Below the pieces are notes generated by a model. The model was given only the letters and a program-made list of their open reading frames with translations. It did no database searches and had not been told where the DNA came from. DNA of 64,000 bases from Alphaproteobacteria bacterium (GTDB taxonomy: Bacteria > Pseudomonadota > Alphaproteobacteria > UBA2966): assembly GCA_964291395.2 (NCBI GenBank), contig OZ219858.1:1264953-1328952 (forward strand), written 5' to 3'. Both the position numbers and the translations under genes were made by a program. Shown in pieces: positions 9,842-21,876 of the stretch; within the stretch, counting starts at the first letter, position 1, and each line of letters opens with the position of its first letter.

Positions 9842-11212
9842 TCAGCCGAAGAGAGGGACACTCCCTGAAAACGGCGGAAATACCAGTGGCCGGTCCGGAG
9901 CGAATCTGGCGTCAAGCGCCAGGCCGGAGCCTTTTCGACGATATTCGAGGTGCGGAACGTCGACGAGCCCGGCGTGATCCCAGAGTGCCGGCAACGCCGC
10001 GCGCGCCGCAGTGGGAATCTCCGAATCACGGGCTCGCAGGCGCGTTTCAGGATCCTCCATCACAATTCGCCATCCCTCGACACCCAATCGACGCACCTCA
10101 CAGGTCCTTTCGGGGTCGGAAAGCGCGCGGCCATCTACCCGAACGTCAAAGCGCGCGTCCCAGCGACGGCTCTGGCCCGGGCGAAGGGTCACTGAGTGTC
10201 CCGCCCCACGGGCCTCGCGGCAGATCAACAGCCGCCCCGTGTGACCGATGATCCGACAGCCCGCCAGGGTACGGCCTTTCGGTGCCTTGCCGCTCGCGAC
10301 TTCCGTGTAAGCCCGCTCCAGGCGGTCATATCTGGGCGGCGCCGAACGGGCCCCCACGGCGGATACGACACGCGACAGCACGCGCAGCCCGACCTCATCC
10401 GGTGCCGCGAACAGAGCGTCCTGGTCAAGCCAGCAGAATCCCGCTTCGTGAGATTGCACGCAATTCCGAACCAGCTCCGATGCATAGTGCTCGAGAGCGG
10501 CGCGGGCACGTCCCAGGCGACGAGCCGACACGGCGATACCCTGTGCCGTAACGCCGGCCGCGTTCAACGCCGGAAGGAGGCCGCGAATCCGCGACCGAGC
10601 GAACTTAGAGTCCCTGTTGGAGGGGTCCTCGATCCAAGGATGTCCGAGGTCCTTCACGGTAGCGACCAGGCGCGCCTTTGGCATGTCGAGCAGAGGGCGA
10701 ACCAGACGAATGCCGGTTCGACGCGACACCGCCGCCATGGCCGCGAGACCGTCCAAGCCGCTCTTGCACCCAAGTCTCAGGAGGAACGTTTCCGCCTGGT
10801 CATCGCGATGGTGGGCGAGCAGAAGATCGCGCAGCCCATGGTCCCGGCACCATGACGACAGGAGCTCATAGCGTGCCTCGCGGGCCGCTTCCTGAATTCC
10901 ATGAATGGGCTTGCGCCCCGTCCATTCCAGGATGTGCGCTTCGATCCCACCGCGCGCCAACCACGCGACGACGCGATGGCATTCCCCGGCCGACGCCGGA
11001 CGAAGGCCGTGGTCGACAACCAGGGCGCGGCATGTACCGCCGCGGGCCGCGGCCCAACGATGAGTCAGGAGGCATAGCGCAATGCTGTCCACGCCGCCGG
11101 AGGTTGCCACCGCCACCCGGGGGGGCGAGGCGAACGGTCCCACCGAGTGCACCAGTCCCTCGAACTCGGGTGCACCGATGGGCTCGTCGTCAGCACACTT
11201 CATGGCGATCAA
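9842..11212 (-). CDS. tilS: tRNA(Ile)-lysidine synthetase
   Basis: SGGVDS PP-loop, DHGLR, AHHRDDQAET, EDPSN. Confidence 0.95.
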   Translation of the reverse strand: MIAMKCADDEPIGAPEFEGLVHSVGPFASPPRVAVATSGGVDSIALCLLTHRWAAARGGTCRALVVDHGLRPASAGECHRVVAWLARGGIEAHILEWTGRKPIHGIQEAAREARYELLSSWCRDHGLRDLLLAHHRDDQAETFLLRLGCKSGLDGLAAMAAVSRRTGIRLVRPLLDMPKARLVATVKDLGHPWIEDPSNRDSKFARSRIRGLLPALNAAGVTAQGIAVSARRLGRARAALEHYASELVRNCVQSHEAGFCWLDQDALFAAPDEVGLRVLSRVVSAVGARSAPPRYDRLERAYTEVASGKAPKGRTLAGCRIIGHTGRLLICREARGAGHSVTLRPGQSRRWDARFDVRVDGRALSDPERTCEVRRLGVEGWRIVMEDPETRLRARDSEIPTAARAALPALWDHAGLVDVPHLEYRRKGSGLALDARFAPDRPLVFPPFSGSVPLFG

Positions 11213-11218
11213 GGCGCC

Positions 11219-12259
11219 TTACTCGCACCCGGCCTTTTGCCATTCCTTTTGGTTGCGCACCTTGATCCTGTCAGCCGAATCCGGGAATTTCTCGTTGAGT
11301 TCCTGGAACGCCGCGCAAGCTTCATCACCCCGACCGAGGCGGGACAGAGACATGCCAAGCTTGAGCAGATTGTCCGGGGCCTTGATGCCCGTGGGAGAGG
11401 TCTGGTAGCCCTCCACGAAGACCGCGGCGGCTTGATTGTAGTCCTCGCGGACGTAATGGGATTCTGCAAGCCAGTATCTGGCGTTGTCGGCGAGCTCGTG
11501 ATCGGCATGGGCTGTCAGGAATTCCTCGAATGCCCGTTCCGCCTTGACGAGATCCTGGGAACGGAGCAGCCGCAGCAGGCTCAGCGCAAAGTCGTAACGC
11601 TCTTCCGGAGTCCCTTCCGGCAGCAGCGATTTGAGCCGTGCCGGGGTCGGGGATGCGGTTTCCACGGCGCTCCCTGGGGGAGGCAGCCGGTCAACGGGAA
11701 TCGTTCCCAGCACGCCCGGCTGGCCTGACGGACCAGGAACCTGGGGCGCCATGCCTGAGCCGCCCGCCTCAGGTGCCGGCGTGTCGGTCCGGGATTGTGC
11801 CGGGGCTACGTCCTGGGTCACCATGGCCGTCACCTCGGCGAGGGTGCGCTCGATGGCGGACAGTCGGAAATCAACGTCCTCGACCAGCTTGTCGAGTCGC
11901 CGGCCGGCCGTATCGACCTTGTGCCTGATCTTTTCGATCTCGCCGGTGAGGCCGCGAAGCTCGCCCTCAAGGGCGGTCACGCGTACCAGCGCGCCGGCGG
12001 CTCGCCGTTCATCGATCCCCACCCCTGTTTGCGCCCGATCCTGCTGGGGTGAAATCGGACCAGGCGCTGCCGGAGCCTCACCCCGGTACACCTGACGTTG
12101 AAGATCCACGATATCCTGGCGCAGGCGTTCGACTGTCTCACGCAACGATCTCGCTTCACTGCTTTGAGCCGATACCGGTTCAGACAGCACGAGGCCGGCC
12201 AGCACCAAGAGGATCAGGCGCACCGCCGCGAGAGTTGGTTTTGAACCGGGTTGCATCAT
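11219..12259 (-). CDS. cpoB: Tol-Pal system protein YbgF/CpoB
   Basis: Signal peptide, coiled coil, TPR with NARYWLAES and KAPDNLLKLG; follows pal. Confidence 0.92.
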   Translation of the reverse strand: MMQPGSKPTLAAVRLILLVLAGLVLSEPVSAQSSEARSLRETVERLRQDIVDLQRQVYRGEAPAAPGPISPQQDRAQTGVGIDERRAAGALVRVTALEGELRGLTGEIEKIRHKVDTAGRRLDKLVEDVDFRLSAIERTLAEVTAMVTQDVAPAQSRTDTPAPEAGGSGMAPQVPGPSGQPGVLGTIPVDRLPPPGSAVETASPTPARLKSLLPEGTPEERYDFALSLLRLLRSQDLVKAERAFEEFLTAHADHELADNARYWLAESHYVREDYNQAAAVFVEGYQTSPTGIKAPDNLLKLGMSLSRLGRGDEACAAFQELNEKFPDSADRIKVRNQKEWQKAGCE

Positions 12260-12395
12260 AGGGGACTTGGGTTTTCGGAGGCGGCTTGCATCGATCTCGA
12301 CCGCGCCATGCTGCGCTCAATTTCATGACAGCGCACGATTTTGTCCAAATTAAGTCAATCGGGCTGCGCCGATCAAATCGATCACGTCAAACGAC

Positions 12396-12431
12396 GAAGC
12401 CGCCCGGCGGTCAGCGACCGCGGGCGGCTTC
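12396..12431 (-). terminator. Strong hairpin downstream of pal
   Basis: GAAGCCGCCCG...CGGGCGGCTTC 11-bp stem with inner CGGTC/GACCG; weak U-tract. Confidence 0.5.
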
Positions 12432-12457
12432 GGACGCGCGATATCGCGAACTGGAAA

Positions 12458-13000
12458 CTAATTGATCGTGGTGACCCCGCGCCGGTTCTGCGCCCACGCA
12501 GCCTCGTTGGATCCTACGACCTCCGGTCGCTCCTTGCCGTAACTGATGACATCGACTCTCGAGTCCGAAACTCCGAGCGCGACGAGATAATCGCGAACGG
12601 CCGCCGCGCGCCGTTGACCGAGCGCCAAATTGTATTCCCGCGTCCCGCGCTCATCACAATGCCCTTCGATCGTCACCGTCACGCTCGGATATTGCTTCAG
12701 CCAGGCGGCTTGGCGATCGAGGGTGTCTCGGGCCTCGAGTTTCAAGTCGAACTTGTCGAAATCGAAGAAAACGCGATCACCGACGTTAGCCACGAGATCG
12801 GCGTGAGAACCGGGCTCGGGTCCCACCTGTTCCTCGACTTGCTGAGGTTTGCTTTCGACCTTGGCGGTTTGAGTGGGCTGAGGGGTGGATGACGTTACCG
12901 CGCCACCCGTACCGGACGCCTCACCACTTTCTTCCGGCGCGGTCGCGCAAGCGGCAACGAACAAGAGCGCAGCAATTGCCGTAAATGCCTTAAGACGCAT
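12458..13000 (-). CDS. pal: Peptidoglycan-associated lipoprotein
   Basis: Lipobox VAAC, EGHCDERGTREYNLALG, NRR. Confidence 0.96.
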   Translation of the reverse strand: MRLKAFTAIAALLFVAACATAPEESGEASGTGGAVTSSTPQPTQTAKVESKPQQVEEQVGPEPGSHADLVANVGDRVFFDFDKFDLKLEARDTLDRQAAWLKQYPSVTVTIEGHCDERGTREYNLALGQRRAAAVRDYLVALGVSDSRVDVISYGKERPEVVGSNEAAWAQNRRGVTTIN

Positions 13001-13171
13001 CGAAAACTCCTTCACGATGACTCCGACGCGCGGAGACCGTAGTAGACAACAGAAGAGCACGGCATCCACACAGCAAATACGGCAGCCGCGCTTGGCCCCT
13101 CTTGAAGGGCCCGGTATTCTGTAAATCCCTGGGATTCTTACGATTCCAGCGGCGAATATAATAGCGCCCTT

Positions 13172-14530
13172 TTACCGAATCAAGGGGGGCGGAGAACTCA
13201 GCGGTGACCAAGCCGGATCGGACGCCTGCGTCGGCGTCACGATACGCCGTTCGTTGTGGCCCGTGAGATCGACCGAATAGAGCGTCGTCTCTCCGCCTGA
13301 GCCGTCGTCCCGGGTGGGCCGCTGCCGAAAGAACATCAAGACCCGGCCGTTCGGAGCCCAAGTGGGCCCTTCGTCAAGGAAGCTCTCCGTCAGCAGACGC
13401 TCGCCGCTGCCATCAGGGCGCATCACGCCGATGAAGAAACGACCTTGGGTGAACTTGGTGAACGCAATGAGATCACCACGGGGCGACCACACCGGCGTCG
13501 CGTACCGGCCGCGAGCGAAACTGATGCGGTGAACATTGCTGCCATCCACGTTCATCACGTAGAGCTGCTGGCTTCCACCGCGGTCAGAGTTGAACGTGAT
13601 TCGCGAGCCGTCGGGAGAGTAGGACGGCGACGTGTCAATTGCCGGGTGCCGCGTCAGCCGCGCTATCCGCCGGGTTCGCAAATCCATCGTGTAGATGTCG
13701 GAGTTGTCGCCTCTGATGAAGCTCATGATGACCTTGTTGCCGTCGGGTGAGAACCGAGGCGCGAAGGTCATACCCGGAAAGTCACCGAGGACTTCCTGCT
13801 GTCCGGTATCGATGTTGTAGATGAATACCCGTGGGGTGCCCTGCCGATAGGACAGGTACGTGATCTCCTGCGAAGTCGGCGAAAACCGGGGGGTAAGGAC
13901 GAGGTGGCCGCCGTCCGTCAGAAAGCGGTTGTGGGCGCCGTCTTGATCCATGATCGCGAGCCGCTTGATCCGTGCGATCTGCGGGCCGGTTTCCGCGACA
14001 TACACGATCCGCGTGTCGAAGTAACCGGCTTCCCCCGTCAGCCGCTGGTAAATCGCATCGCTGATCAGGTGCGCGATACGGCGCCAATTCGGAGGGGCGG
14101 TGAAGTACGCCAGTCCGGTCATCTGTTGACCGGCGAACACGTCCCACAGTCGGAATTCGACACGAAGCCTGCCGTCCTCCAGCTCGGTCGTCGTGCCAGT
14201 CACCAGCGCCTGCGCGTTGATCGCCCGCCAATCGGGGAAACGGGGCTGCACCTTCATCGCCGCCGGTGTCTGAATGAACGCCCTGCGGTCGATGGGCCGG
14301 AAAAGGCCCGACCGCTCGAGGTTGCGGGCGACGAGATCCGCGATGTCACGCGCCGCCCTTTGGCCGCCTTCGTTCTCTGCGTGAAATACGCTTATCGCGA
14401 TGGGGAGCGGATCGACCACGCCCTGGGTGATGTCGATCCTGAGAACGGCTGACGCCGGTGCGGCCACGAGCAGGATGGCCGCCGTCAAGAACGGGGCGAC
14501 CGCGCCTTTGAGGGTTGCCAACACACGCAT
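13172..14530 (-). CDS. tolB: Tol-Pal beta-propeller protein
   Basis: PD40 repeats (PRFSPDG, PSYSPDG), [10 protein letters not shown]. Confidence 0.96.
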   Translation of the reverse strand: MRVLATLKGAVAPFLTAAILLVAAPASAVLRIDITQGVVDPLPIAISVFHAENEGGQRAARDIADLVARNLERSGLFRPIDRRAFIQTPAAMKVQPRFPDWRAINAQALVTGTTTELEDGRLRVEFRLWDVFAGQQMTGLAYFTAPPNWRRIAHLISDAIYQRLTGEAGYFDTRIVYVAETGPQIARIKRLAIMDQDGAHNRFLTDGGHLVLTPRFSPTSQEITYLSYRQGTPRVFIYNIDTGQQEVLGDFPGMTFAPRFSPDGNKVIMSFIRGDNSDIYTMDLRTRRIARLTRHPAIDTSPSYSPDGSRITFNSDRGGSQQLYVMNVDGSNVHRISFARGRYATPVWSPRGDLIAFTKFTQGRFFIGVMRPDGSGERLLTESFLDEGPTWAPNGRVLMFFRQRPTRDDGSGGETTLYSVDLTGHNERRIVTPTQASDPAWSPLSSPPPLIR

Positions 14531-14535
14531 GGCGA

Positions 14536-15399
14536 CTAGCCGAGCATTTCCCTCGGGTCGAACGTGAGCTCGATCTCGCGCCAGCGATGGTACTTGGTGA
14601 ACGGCATTTTGAACGGCTCGCATTTTAGAACCGCACGAATAGCACTTTCCGCCGCCGCCCGGAAAAACGGGTCGCCAGCCAGTCGCTCATCGTCGACGAT
14701 CTGCGGCTCACGACGCAAGGACCCGTCCGGATTGAGGAATACACGAATCGTCACGACAAGATCCTCTGCGTAGCGTGCCCCGGCTTGAACGATCCAGCAG
14801 CGCTCGATCTGCGTTTTGAGAGCATCTACTTCCGACAATGTCAACGGTTGCCCTGCCAACGGCTGGGCGGTCCGGGACGTGATCTTGGGCGGCGCCCTCG
14901 GGGTTTCGGGCGTTTCCGGTGCCGACCGCTTGCGAGGTGTCTTGTCGATCAACGCCGCGATCCGGTCGGCATCGAACTTGTACTTCTTCGATTTTACATC
15001 CTTGGGCGCTTCGGGCTTCGCCTTGGCCACCTTTCCTGCCGGCGGCTTCGGTTTACGCTTGGGTTTGGCAACCTTCTTGGGCGGTTTGGGCTTGGGCCTG
15101 GGTTTCGTCTCGGAAACGACGACCGCGACCTCCGCCTCCGGCTCAGCGGAGGCCGGCGGCGCCTCGACCAGCTTTGGCGGCTGGGGTTTTTGTCGGGGGT
15201 TCGGCGGCGGCTTGTCCTCTTTTACCGGTTCCGACTTCGGACGCGCCGCCCTGGTTTCCTCGGAGATGGTCACGAGCTCCACGACGACAGGCTGCTCCAC
15301 GAGTTCCGGATCCGAACGCGACCACTCGGGTAGGCCCACGACACTGATCCACAACACCGCCATGTGAATGACGGCGGATATGAAAATCCCGTTGCGCAC
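14536..15399 (-). CDS. tolA: TolA-like energy transducer
   Basis: N-terminal TM with S...H motif, Pro/Lys-rich linker, C-terminal CW...C domain; located between tolR and tolB. Confidence 0.88.
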   Translation of the reverse strand: MRNGIFISAVIHMAVLWISVVGLPEWSRSDPELVEQPVVVELVTISEETRAARPKSEPVKEDKPPPNPRQKPQPPKLVEAPPASAEPEAEVAVVVSETKPRPKPKPPKKVAKPKRKPKPPAGKVAKAKPEAPKDVKSKKYKFDADRIAALIDKTPRKRSAPETPETPRAPPKITSRTAQPLAGQPLTLSEVDALKTQIERCWIVQAGARYAEDLVVTIRVFLNPDGSLRREPQIVDDERLAGDPFFRAAAESAIRAVLKCEPFKMPFTKYHRWREIELTFDPREMLG

Positions 15400-15405
15400 C
15401 GTCCA

Positions 15406-15864
15406 CTACTGCTCGCGCACTCCTGAAACGTTGGATCTCGCCGTGATGAGCGCCACCCGCGAAAAGCCCGCCCGGTTGATGGTTCCCATGACCTCCATAA
15501 CGTGCCCGTAGGGAACGTTCCGGTCGCCACGCACGAATATCCGTATGTCCGGCTTGTTGTCGGAGATCGCAATCAACCTCGGGACGAGGTTATCGAGTTC
15601 TATGGCGGTCTCCTGCAGGAACAACCGGCCCTGTCCGTCGATGCTCACGGCGAGGGGTTCGTCCTGCCCTTGAATGACCCCCGCCTTCGTCTTGGGCAGA
15701 TCAACTTGAACGCCGACGGTTAGCAGGGGGGCCGTCACCATGAACACGACAAGCAGCACCAGCATGACGTCGACGAATGGCGTGACGTTAATCTCGCTCA
15801 TCACCTTGAAGTCGCGCCCCGCACGAAGGCGAGGCCCGCGGCGACCTTGGATCACCACCGCCAT
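15406..15864 (-). CDS. tolR: TolR
   Basis: SEINVTPFVDVMLVLL, RGD. Confidence 0.95.
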   Translation of the reverse strand: MAVVIQGRRGPRLRAGRDFKVMSEINVTPFVDVMLVLLVVFMVTAPLLTVGVQVDLPKTKAGVIQGQDEPLAVSIDGQGRLFLQETAIELDNLVPRLIAISDNKPDIRIFVRGDRNVPYGHVMEVMGTINRAGFSRVALITARSNVSGVREQ

Positions 15865-16604
15865 CAGTTCGCCTGTCTGTGCTCGTCGAGTTGACGGGAG
15901 AGGATGGCCGAGAATTCTCCGGCGAAACTCTCGAGGCGGTTTGCATAGCGCAGAATATCGGTCGAGAACTTGTTATAGGCGACGACTGCGGGAATCGCCG
16001 CGACCAGCCCCAGCGCCGTGGCAAACAGCGCCTCGGCAATACCGGGAGCCACGACAGCCAAGCTCGTGTTCTTGGTAAGGGCGATGGCCTGAAAGCTGTT
16101 CATGATTCCCCAGACCGTCCCGAACAATCCGATAAAAGGCGCGGTCGATCCGACCGTGGCGAGAAAGCCCAGATAGCGCTCCAGATTCTCCACCTCCCGA
16201 TTCATGGTCAGTTGCATGACCTGTCCGATCCGGTCCTGAATGCCGGCATGGAGGGTTCGTTCGTTCCCGGCGCCTCCCGCGGTGCTTCGCCGCCATTCCC
16301 GCATGGCTGCCGCGAACAAGAAGGCCATCGGGTGATCCGGCTGCCCTCCGATCCGATCGTAGAGGTCCTCCAGCGAACCTCCCGACCAGAAAGACTCTTC
16401 GAAGTCGTCTGCCTGCACCACCAACCGGCGCAGCCTGAGTATCTTTTCGACGATAATCGCCCAGCACCAGAACGAAGCCAGGATCAACACGAGAAGTACG
16501 GCTTTCACGACGACGTCGGCGCGCAGAAACAAACCGACCAAAGAAAGATCCGCAGCGCTCACGGAGCCCGCCAGAACAGCTGCGTCAATTGCCTCTTTTT
16601 CCAT
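15864..16604 (-). CDS. tolQ: TolQ
   Basis: ATVGSTAPFIGLFGTVWGIM, APGIAEALFAT. Confidence 0.95.
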   Translation of the reverse strand: MEKEAIDAAVLAGSVSAADLSLVGLFLRADVVVKAVLLVLILASFWCWAIIVEKILRLRRLVVQADDFEESFWSGGSLEDLYDRIGGQPDHPMAFLFAAAMREWRRSTAGGAGNERTLHAGIQDRIGQVMQLTMNREVENLERYLGFLATVGSTAPFIGLFGTVWGIMNSFQAIALTKNTSLAVVAPGIAEALFATALGLVAAIPAVVAYNKFSTDILRYANRLESFAGEFSAILSRQLDEHRQAN

Positions 16605-16606
16605 GC

Positions 16607-17086
16607 CTAGTTCGTCGTGTTGTTCACGGTGGCTGCGCCCGGCCGCGAGTGTGGCAAGGCGGCGAGCGATTCCTTGACGGGTGCCGGCAGGCGTCGGGGC
16701 TTTCCGGAACGGTCGAGGCACGCGACATTCACGATTGCCTTGACCAGGTCCGTGCCATTCCGCCGGACGATTTGCTCGGCTTGGAGCGACGCGCCGCGAA
16801 TGTCGGTGAGACGGGTGTGGACCTCCAACTCGTCGTCGAGCCGCGCCGGCGCCAGGTAAGCCACTTCGCAACGCCGCACGGCGAACGTGACGTCGCCGTC
16901 TTCGAGCAATGCACGCTGTTGGATTCCCGCAAGGCGCAGGAGATCGGTACGGGCGCGCTCGGCGTACTTCAGATAGTTGGCGTAGTACACGACGCCCGTC
17001 CCGTCGGTGTCCTCCCAGTAAACACGCAACGGCAGCACGTGCACGGAACCCTGCAGCCAGCCGCTGCCGGGACGGCCATCAACCAT
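16607..17086 (-). CDS. ybgC: Tol-Pal-associated acyl-CoA thioesterase
   Basis: [17 protein letters not shown]. Confidence 0.93.
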   Translation of the reverse strand: MVDGRPGSGWLQGSVHVLPLRVYWEDTDGTGVVYYANYLKYAERARTDLLRLAGIQQRALLEDGDVTFAVRRCEVAYLAPARLDDELEVHTRLTDIRGASLQAEQIVRRNGTDLVKAIVNVACLDRSGKPRRLPAPVKESLAALPHSRPGAATVNNTTN

Positions 17087-18128
17087 CTTCGACATCCTCC
17101 TCGGCAACCAGTTCCAGCTGGGCCGGGAACTGCTGCGGCGCTTGCAGGCCGAGGTGTCCAAATCCGGACGCCGTGAGCATGCGCCCGCGTGACGTTCGTT
17201 GGGCGAGTCCCTGTTGAATGAGGAATGGCTCGATGATCTCTTCGATCGTGTCCCGCGGCTCGCTCAGTGCGGCCGCCAAAGTGTCGACCCCCACCGGGCC
17301 TCCGCCGTAGTGGTCCGCGATGAGGGCGAGATAACGGCGGTCGAGGGCATCGAGGCCTCGGACGTCCACTTCGAGGCGACCGAGCGCGCCGTCGGCAACG
17401 TTCCGATCAATGGATGTCACGCCTTCTACGGTGGCGAAGTCGCGGACCCTTCGCAGGAGGCGACCGGCCACGCGGGGCGTTCCGCGAGAGCGTTTGGCGA
17501 TTTCGATTGCCCCGTCGCCGGTGATTTCGACGTCCAGGACACGTGCGCTCCGCTCGACGATTTCCCGCAACTCATCGAGCGCGTAAAAGCCCAACCGGGC
17601 ATGGATCCCGAAACGGTCTCGGAGCGGTGTCGTCAGCAACCCCGACCGGGTCGTGGCGCCGATCAGCGTGAACGCGGGCATATCGATACGTACGGAACGC
17701 GCCGCCGGGCCTTCGCCGATGATGAGGTCGAGGTGAAAGTCCTCCATGGCCGGGTAGAGGATCTCTTCGACCGCCGGGCTCAGTCTGTGGATCTCGTCGA
17801 TGAACAAAACGTCCCGCGGGTCGAGGTTGGTCAAGATCGCGGCGAGGTCTCCCGCCCGGGCGACCACGGGACCCGAAGTTGCCCGAAAGCCGACCCTCAG
17901 CTCGCGGGCAATGATTTGCGCCAGGGTCGTCTTGCCGAGGCCAGGCGGGCCCACGAACAGGACATGATCCAGGGCGTCGCCGCGGCTACGTGCGGCGTCG
18001 ACGAACACTCGCAGATTCTCGCGGATGGAATGTTGTCCGATGAATTCATCCAGTGCCTTGGGCCTGAGACTCGTTTCGACGGCGTCGTCGGAACCGAAAT
18101 CCGCCGCGATGACACGTTCGTCCGTCAT
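17079..18128 (-). CDS. ruvB: Holliday junction helicase RuvB
   Basis: [20 protein letters not shown]. Confidence 0.97.
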   Translation of the reverse strand: MTDERVIAADFGSDDAVETSLRPKALDEFIGQHSIRENLRVFVDAARSRGDALDHVLFVGPPGLGKTTLAQIIARELRVGFRATSGPVVARAGDLAAILTNLDPRDVLFIDEIHRLSPAVEEILYPAMEDFHLDLIIGEGPAARSVRIDMPAFTLIGATTRSGLLTTPLRDRFGIHARLGFYALDELREIVERSARVLDVEITGDGAIEIAKRSRGTPRVAGRLLRRVRDFATVEGVTSIDRNVADGALGRLEVDVRGLDALDRRYLALIADHYGGGPVGVDTLAAALSEPRDTIEEIIEPFLIQQGLAQRTSRGRMLTASGFGHLGLQAPQQFPAQLELVAEEDVEDG

Positions 18129-18736
18129 CGCCCCAACTCCTTCAACCCTGCCTTGATCAGCGCTTCGACCGACGTGTCGTCACCGAGCGCCGAGGCCACG
18201 CTGGCAACGGCTCCGAACGCCTCGGCACGACCATAACCCAGATTGACGAGCGCAGAGACCGCGTCACCGGTTTCAGTGCCCGGCCTTTCGGTCTGTGGCC
18301 CGATGGCGTCGCCCGCACCCACGGCAACCGTCAACTGCGGGATCTTGTCCTTCAGCTCGGCGACGACCCGGCTCGCAAGCCTAGGTCCGACACCCGGTGC
18401 CTGAGTGAGCGGCACGTCGTCTTGTGCGGCAACCGCGCGGAACAGATCCGCCGGGGAAAGCACCGACAGGACTCCAAGAGCAACCCGGGCGCCGATGCCC
18501 TGCACGGTCTGCAGTCTTCGAAACCAGTCGCGCTCGGAGGCCTCGGAGAACCCGAACAAATGGATGTGATCCTCGCGGACGTGCGTTTCGATCTCGAGAG
18601 TTACGGAATCGCCGATGCGAGGCATGGCGTCCCTGGTCCGGCTCGAGCAGAACACCTGATAACCGACACCGCCGACGTCGACGACAACATGATCGTCTCC
18701 CGCCAGGCGCAGGACGCCATGAAGCCATGAGATCAT
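18125..18736 (-). CDS. ruvA: Holliday junction binding protein RuvA
   Basis: DVGGVGY, HVRED, HhH motifs. Confidence 0.96.
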   Translation of the reverse strand: MISWLHGVLRLAGDDHVVVDVGGVGYQVFCSSRTRDAMPRIGDSVTLEIETHVREDHIHLFGFSEASERDWFRRLQTVQGIGARVALGVLSVLSPADLFRAVAAQDDVPLTQAPGVGPRLASRVVAELKDKIPQLTVAVGAGDAIGPQTERPGTETGDAVSALVNLGYGRAEAFGAVASVASALGDDTSVEALIKAGLKELGR

Positions 18737-18737
18737 C

Positions 18738-19295
18738 TCACGGGCCTCCCCCAACGACCGACGCGGTTCGCGCCCGAGTCCGGCGTCCCGACGCTCGCTT
18801 CGGCGGCGATGGCATCCATCGTTGCCGGGTCGAGCGGTGATGGGCGTGGCAGATCGCTATCGCCAGGGCATCGGCGGCATCGGAATTGTCGATGGCGATG
18901 CCACCGAGCAAGGTCCGCACCATCATATGCATCTGTTGCTTCGCGGCGTGACCCACGCCGACGATAGACTTCTTTATGAGGTTTGCCGGGTACTCGGCGA
19001 CGGGCAATCCGCGCATCGCCGGTGCCAGCAAGGTCACACCGCGGGCCTGCCCCAGCTTGAGCGTCGAGACGGGATTGCGATTGACGAACGTCTCTTCCAC
19101 CGCTGCTTCCCGAGGCTCAAACCGTGCCAGGACGGTGGTGATGCCTTCGAACAGCTGGCGCAGCCGTTGCGAGAATTCGGCGTCCGACCTCGACGTCACG
19201 ACACCGTTCGCGACATGCCGCAGCTGATTGCCGGACGCATCGATCACGCCCCAGCCCGAGCGTCTCAATCCAGGATCGATTCCGATGATTCTCAT
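18738..19295 (-). CDS. ruvC: Crossover junction endonuclease RuvC
   Basis: [19 protein letters not shown]. Confidence 0.96.
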   Translation of the reverse strand: MRIIGIDPGLRRSGWGVIDASGNQLRHVANGVVTSRSDAEFSQRLRQLFEGITTVLARFEPREAAVEETFVNRNPVSTLKLGQARGVTLLAPAMRGLPVAEYPANLIKKSIVGVGHAAKQQMHMMVRTLLGGIAIDNSDAADALAIAICHAHHRSTRQRWMPSPPKRASGRRTRARTASVVGGGP

Positions 19296-19325
19296 CGGGC
19301 AACCCTGATCGGACCGTACATCCCC

Positions 19326-20075
19326 TCAGGCATCGAGCTGATCGAGAACGTCCTTGGGAATATCGAAATTCGCAGACACTCGCTGAACGTCGTCGTTGTC
19401 CTCGAGCGTCTCGAGAAGCTTGATCAGCGAGCCCGCCTGAGACTCGTCGACCGGAATCGTCGTCTGGGGCTTCCACGTCAAACTCGCGTTTTGCGATGCC
19501 CCGAACTGCCGTTCCAAGGCGTCCCGGACCTCGTTCAAGTCGTCGGGATCGCAATTGATCTCGTGACCATCCTCCGTCGTCTCGCAATCACCCGCACCGG
19601 CCTCAATGGCGGCTTCGAGCATTTCCTCCTCGGAAGCCGCTTCTGGCAAGTAGTTGATCGAACCCACGCGATCGAACATGAACGAGACGCTTCCCGTTTC
19701 GCCCAGAGCTCCGCCGAATTTGCCGAAGGCCGAGCGCACGTCGGCCGCGGTGCGGTTGCGGTTGTCCGTCAAGGCCTCGACAATGAGGGCCACGCCCGCG
19801 GGCCCGTACCCCTCGTATCGGACCTCTTCGTAATTCGCGTCGTCTTCACCGGTCGAACCCCGCTTGATCGCCCGCTCGATATTGTCCTTCGGCATGTTGG
19901 CCGCCCGCGCGGCCGCGACGGCCGCGCGAAGCCGGGAGTTCATTTCCGGGTCTGCCATTCCCGTTCGCGCGGCGACCTGAATCTCCCGCGCCAGCTTGGA
20001 GAACAGCTTGGACCGTCTGGCGTCCTGTGCGCCCTTGCGGTACATGATGTTCTTGAATTGCGAATGGCCTGCCAT
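19326..20075 (-). CDS. yebC: YebC/PmpR family protein
   Basis: [23 protein letters not shown]. Confidence 0.95.
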   Translation of the reverse strand: MAGHSQFKNIMYRKGAQDARRSKLFSKLAREIQVAARTGMADPEMNSRLRAAVAAARAANMPKDNIERAIKRGSTGEDDANYEEVRYEGYGPAGVALIVEALTDNRNRTAADVRSAFGKFGGALGETGSVSFMFDRVGSINYLPEAASEEEMLEAAIEAGAGDCETTEDGHEINCDPDDLNEVRDALERQFGASQNASLTWKPQTTIPVDESQAGSLIKLLETLEDNDDVQRVSANFDIPKDVLDQLDA

Positions 20076-20237
20076 CGATTCACGTAATGTATTTGGTTGG
20101 TAATTTCAGGAAATATACCAAATATTGTAGGAGGGAGCAGGAATTCCCAGGGTGGTCCGAAGATGCGCCACTGGTCGGGCGAGACGACAATCGTCGATTT
20201 AGGAGAGCAATGTGGCGGATTTTTGACCGCTCCGCGC

Positions 20238-21050
20238 CTAAGCAGGCCCGGCGGGTATGAGGTGCCCGCCGATGCGGATGGGGGCTATGGACGTGGCGAA
20301 TCCGCTCGAATCATCGGTTTCGACACAGACGCCGCATAGCGTGGCGTTGCCCAACGCTGGCGTGAACCGTCCACCAGGGATCTTGTTCACGAACCTGTTG
20401 ATCGGTTCTTCCTTCTCCATCCCGATTATCGAGTCATAGTCACCGCACATCCCGAGATCGGTTTGGTAAGCGGTCCCGCCTGCAAGGATGCGGGCATCCG
20501 CCGTCGGCACGTGAGAGTGCGTTCCCACGGCCATGGAGGCCCGTCCGTCGACATAATGACCCATGGCATTCTTCTCGCTCGTCGCCTCTCCGTGCACGTC
20601 GACGACGATGGCGTCGGCCTCGCGCCCCAGTCGGAGAGGAGCGAGTTCGTCGTCGATGCGCGCAAAGGGATCATCGAGCGGATCCATGAACACCCGGCCC
20701 ATCACTTGAATGACGACGACCTTTCGGTCTCCCGGCAATTCGTAGAGCCCGACGCCGCGGCCGGGCGTACCCGAAGGATAGTTGCACGGCCGCAACAGGC
20801 GTTCCTCGGTGTCGATGAAGGTGAATATCTCCTTCCGATCCCAGACGTGATTTCCGGTCGTGATCACATCCACGCCGGCATCGAAGAACTCGTCACAGAT
20901 CTTGGGAGTGATTCCAAATCCGCCAGCCGCGTTCTCCCCGTTGGCGATCACGAAGTCGACGTTCAACCGCTCCCGCAGGGCCGGAACGTGTTCGCAGACG
21001 GCTTTCCGTCCCGAGCGGCCGACCACGTCGCCTACGAACAGCAGTTTCAT
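20238..21050 (-). CDS. YmdB/TIGR00282 family metallophosphoesterase
   Basis: GDVVGR, NGENAAGG, GNH, HGEATSEK, GTHSH. Confidence 0.92.
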   Translation of the reverse strand: MKLLFVGDVVGRSGRKAVCEHVPALRERLNVDFVIANGENAAGGFGITPKICDEFFDAGVDVITTGNHVWDRKEIFTFIDTEERLLRPCNYPSGTPGRGVGLYELPGDRKVVVIQVMGRVFMDPLDDPFARIDDELAPLRLGREADAIVVDVHGEATSEKNAMGHYVDGRASMAVGTHSHVPTADARILAGGTAYQTDLGMCGDYDSIIGMEKEEPINRFVNKIPGGRFTPALGNATLCGVCVETDDSSGFATSIAPIRIGGHLIPAGPA

Positions 21051-21625
21051 GCGAATGTCCTCGCAAAGACTTCGGTGACGACCCAGTCCAGGCGTTCGTC
21101 CGTTTCGTCATGCGGAACGGCATCGACCTCCTGGCCGGCGTAAGCGAATCCGACCGCCAGGCAGTATTTCGCGTCTCGACGCAGCGAACGGATCGTGCGG
21201 TCGTAGTAGCCGCCCCCGTATCCCAATCTGAACCCGTACTTGTCAAACGCCAACAGCGGCACGATCAGCACCTCCGGTACGATAACGTGCGCGTCGGGAG
21301 GGGGTTCGCTGGTCCCGAACTCACCCCTCACCAATGGATCGTCGGGAGCCCATTCGCGAAACTCCAGGGGACGTTCGCGCCCCGGAACGGCCGGAAGGGC
21401 GCAGCGCGTGCCCCGCCTTCCCAGCTCCGTCAGCAACGGTCGCGGGTCCAGTTCGCCTTGGATCGGCCAGTAACCGGCCACGATGCGCGACCCCGCCCCC
21501 CCTATTCGATCGAGAAAATTGTCGGCCGCGAGTTCCGCGGCATTCCGCAGCGCCGATTCGCGTAGTTTCAGGCGCCGTATCCGGGCAACCTCTCGCAAAG
21601 ACGCCTTGGCAGAGATCTCGTCCAT
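21047..21625 (-). CDS. 5-formyltetrahydrofolate cyclo-ligase
   Basis: RLGYGGGYYDR motif; downstream of 6S RNA; start uncertain (alternative GTG at 21685). Confidence 0.93.
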   Translation of the reverse strand: MDEISAKASLREVARIRRLKLRESALRNAAELAADNFLDRIGGAGSRIVAGYWPIQGELDPRPLLTELGRRGTRCALPAVPGRERPLEFREWAPDDPLVRGEFGTSEPPPDAHVIVPEVLIVPLLAFDKYGFRLGYGGGYYDRTIRSLRRDAKYCLAVGFAYAGQEVDAVPHDETDERLDWVVTEVFARTFA

Positions 21626-21708
21626 AACATCAAGAATACGCGATGCCGTGCCGCATTCGTTCGCGCGGTCGACCGGCAAATTCACGATGGATAGCGGGAA
21701 ACGCGGCC

Positions 21709-21865
21709 GGCGGGACCGCCGCAGCCGTCAACGGAGCCGATCCTCTGTGGCCTGCATGTGCAGGTGGGCGCCGCGTACCGAGACCGCAATCCCGGCAGAG
21801 ACGGCTCCCGACAGATCGGTTTGACCCCAGGGACGATACCGTCGACGCGCCGGGCAGAACCCGCC
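21709..21865 (-). ncRNA. ssrS: 6S RNA
   Basis: Lies between zapA and the cyclo-ligase; termini GGCGGG/CCCGCC pair; alpha-type TCCCTGGGG...GGGAGC...GCCCACCT motifs. Confidence 0.85.
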
Positions 21866-21876
21866 GTCCCTCCAAA

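Noticed and set aside
9700-9900. CRISPR array
   Set aside because: Only one repeat; no second copy about 61 bp away on either side
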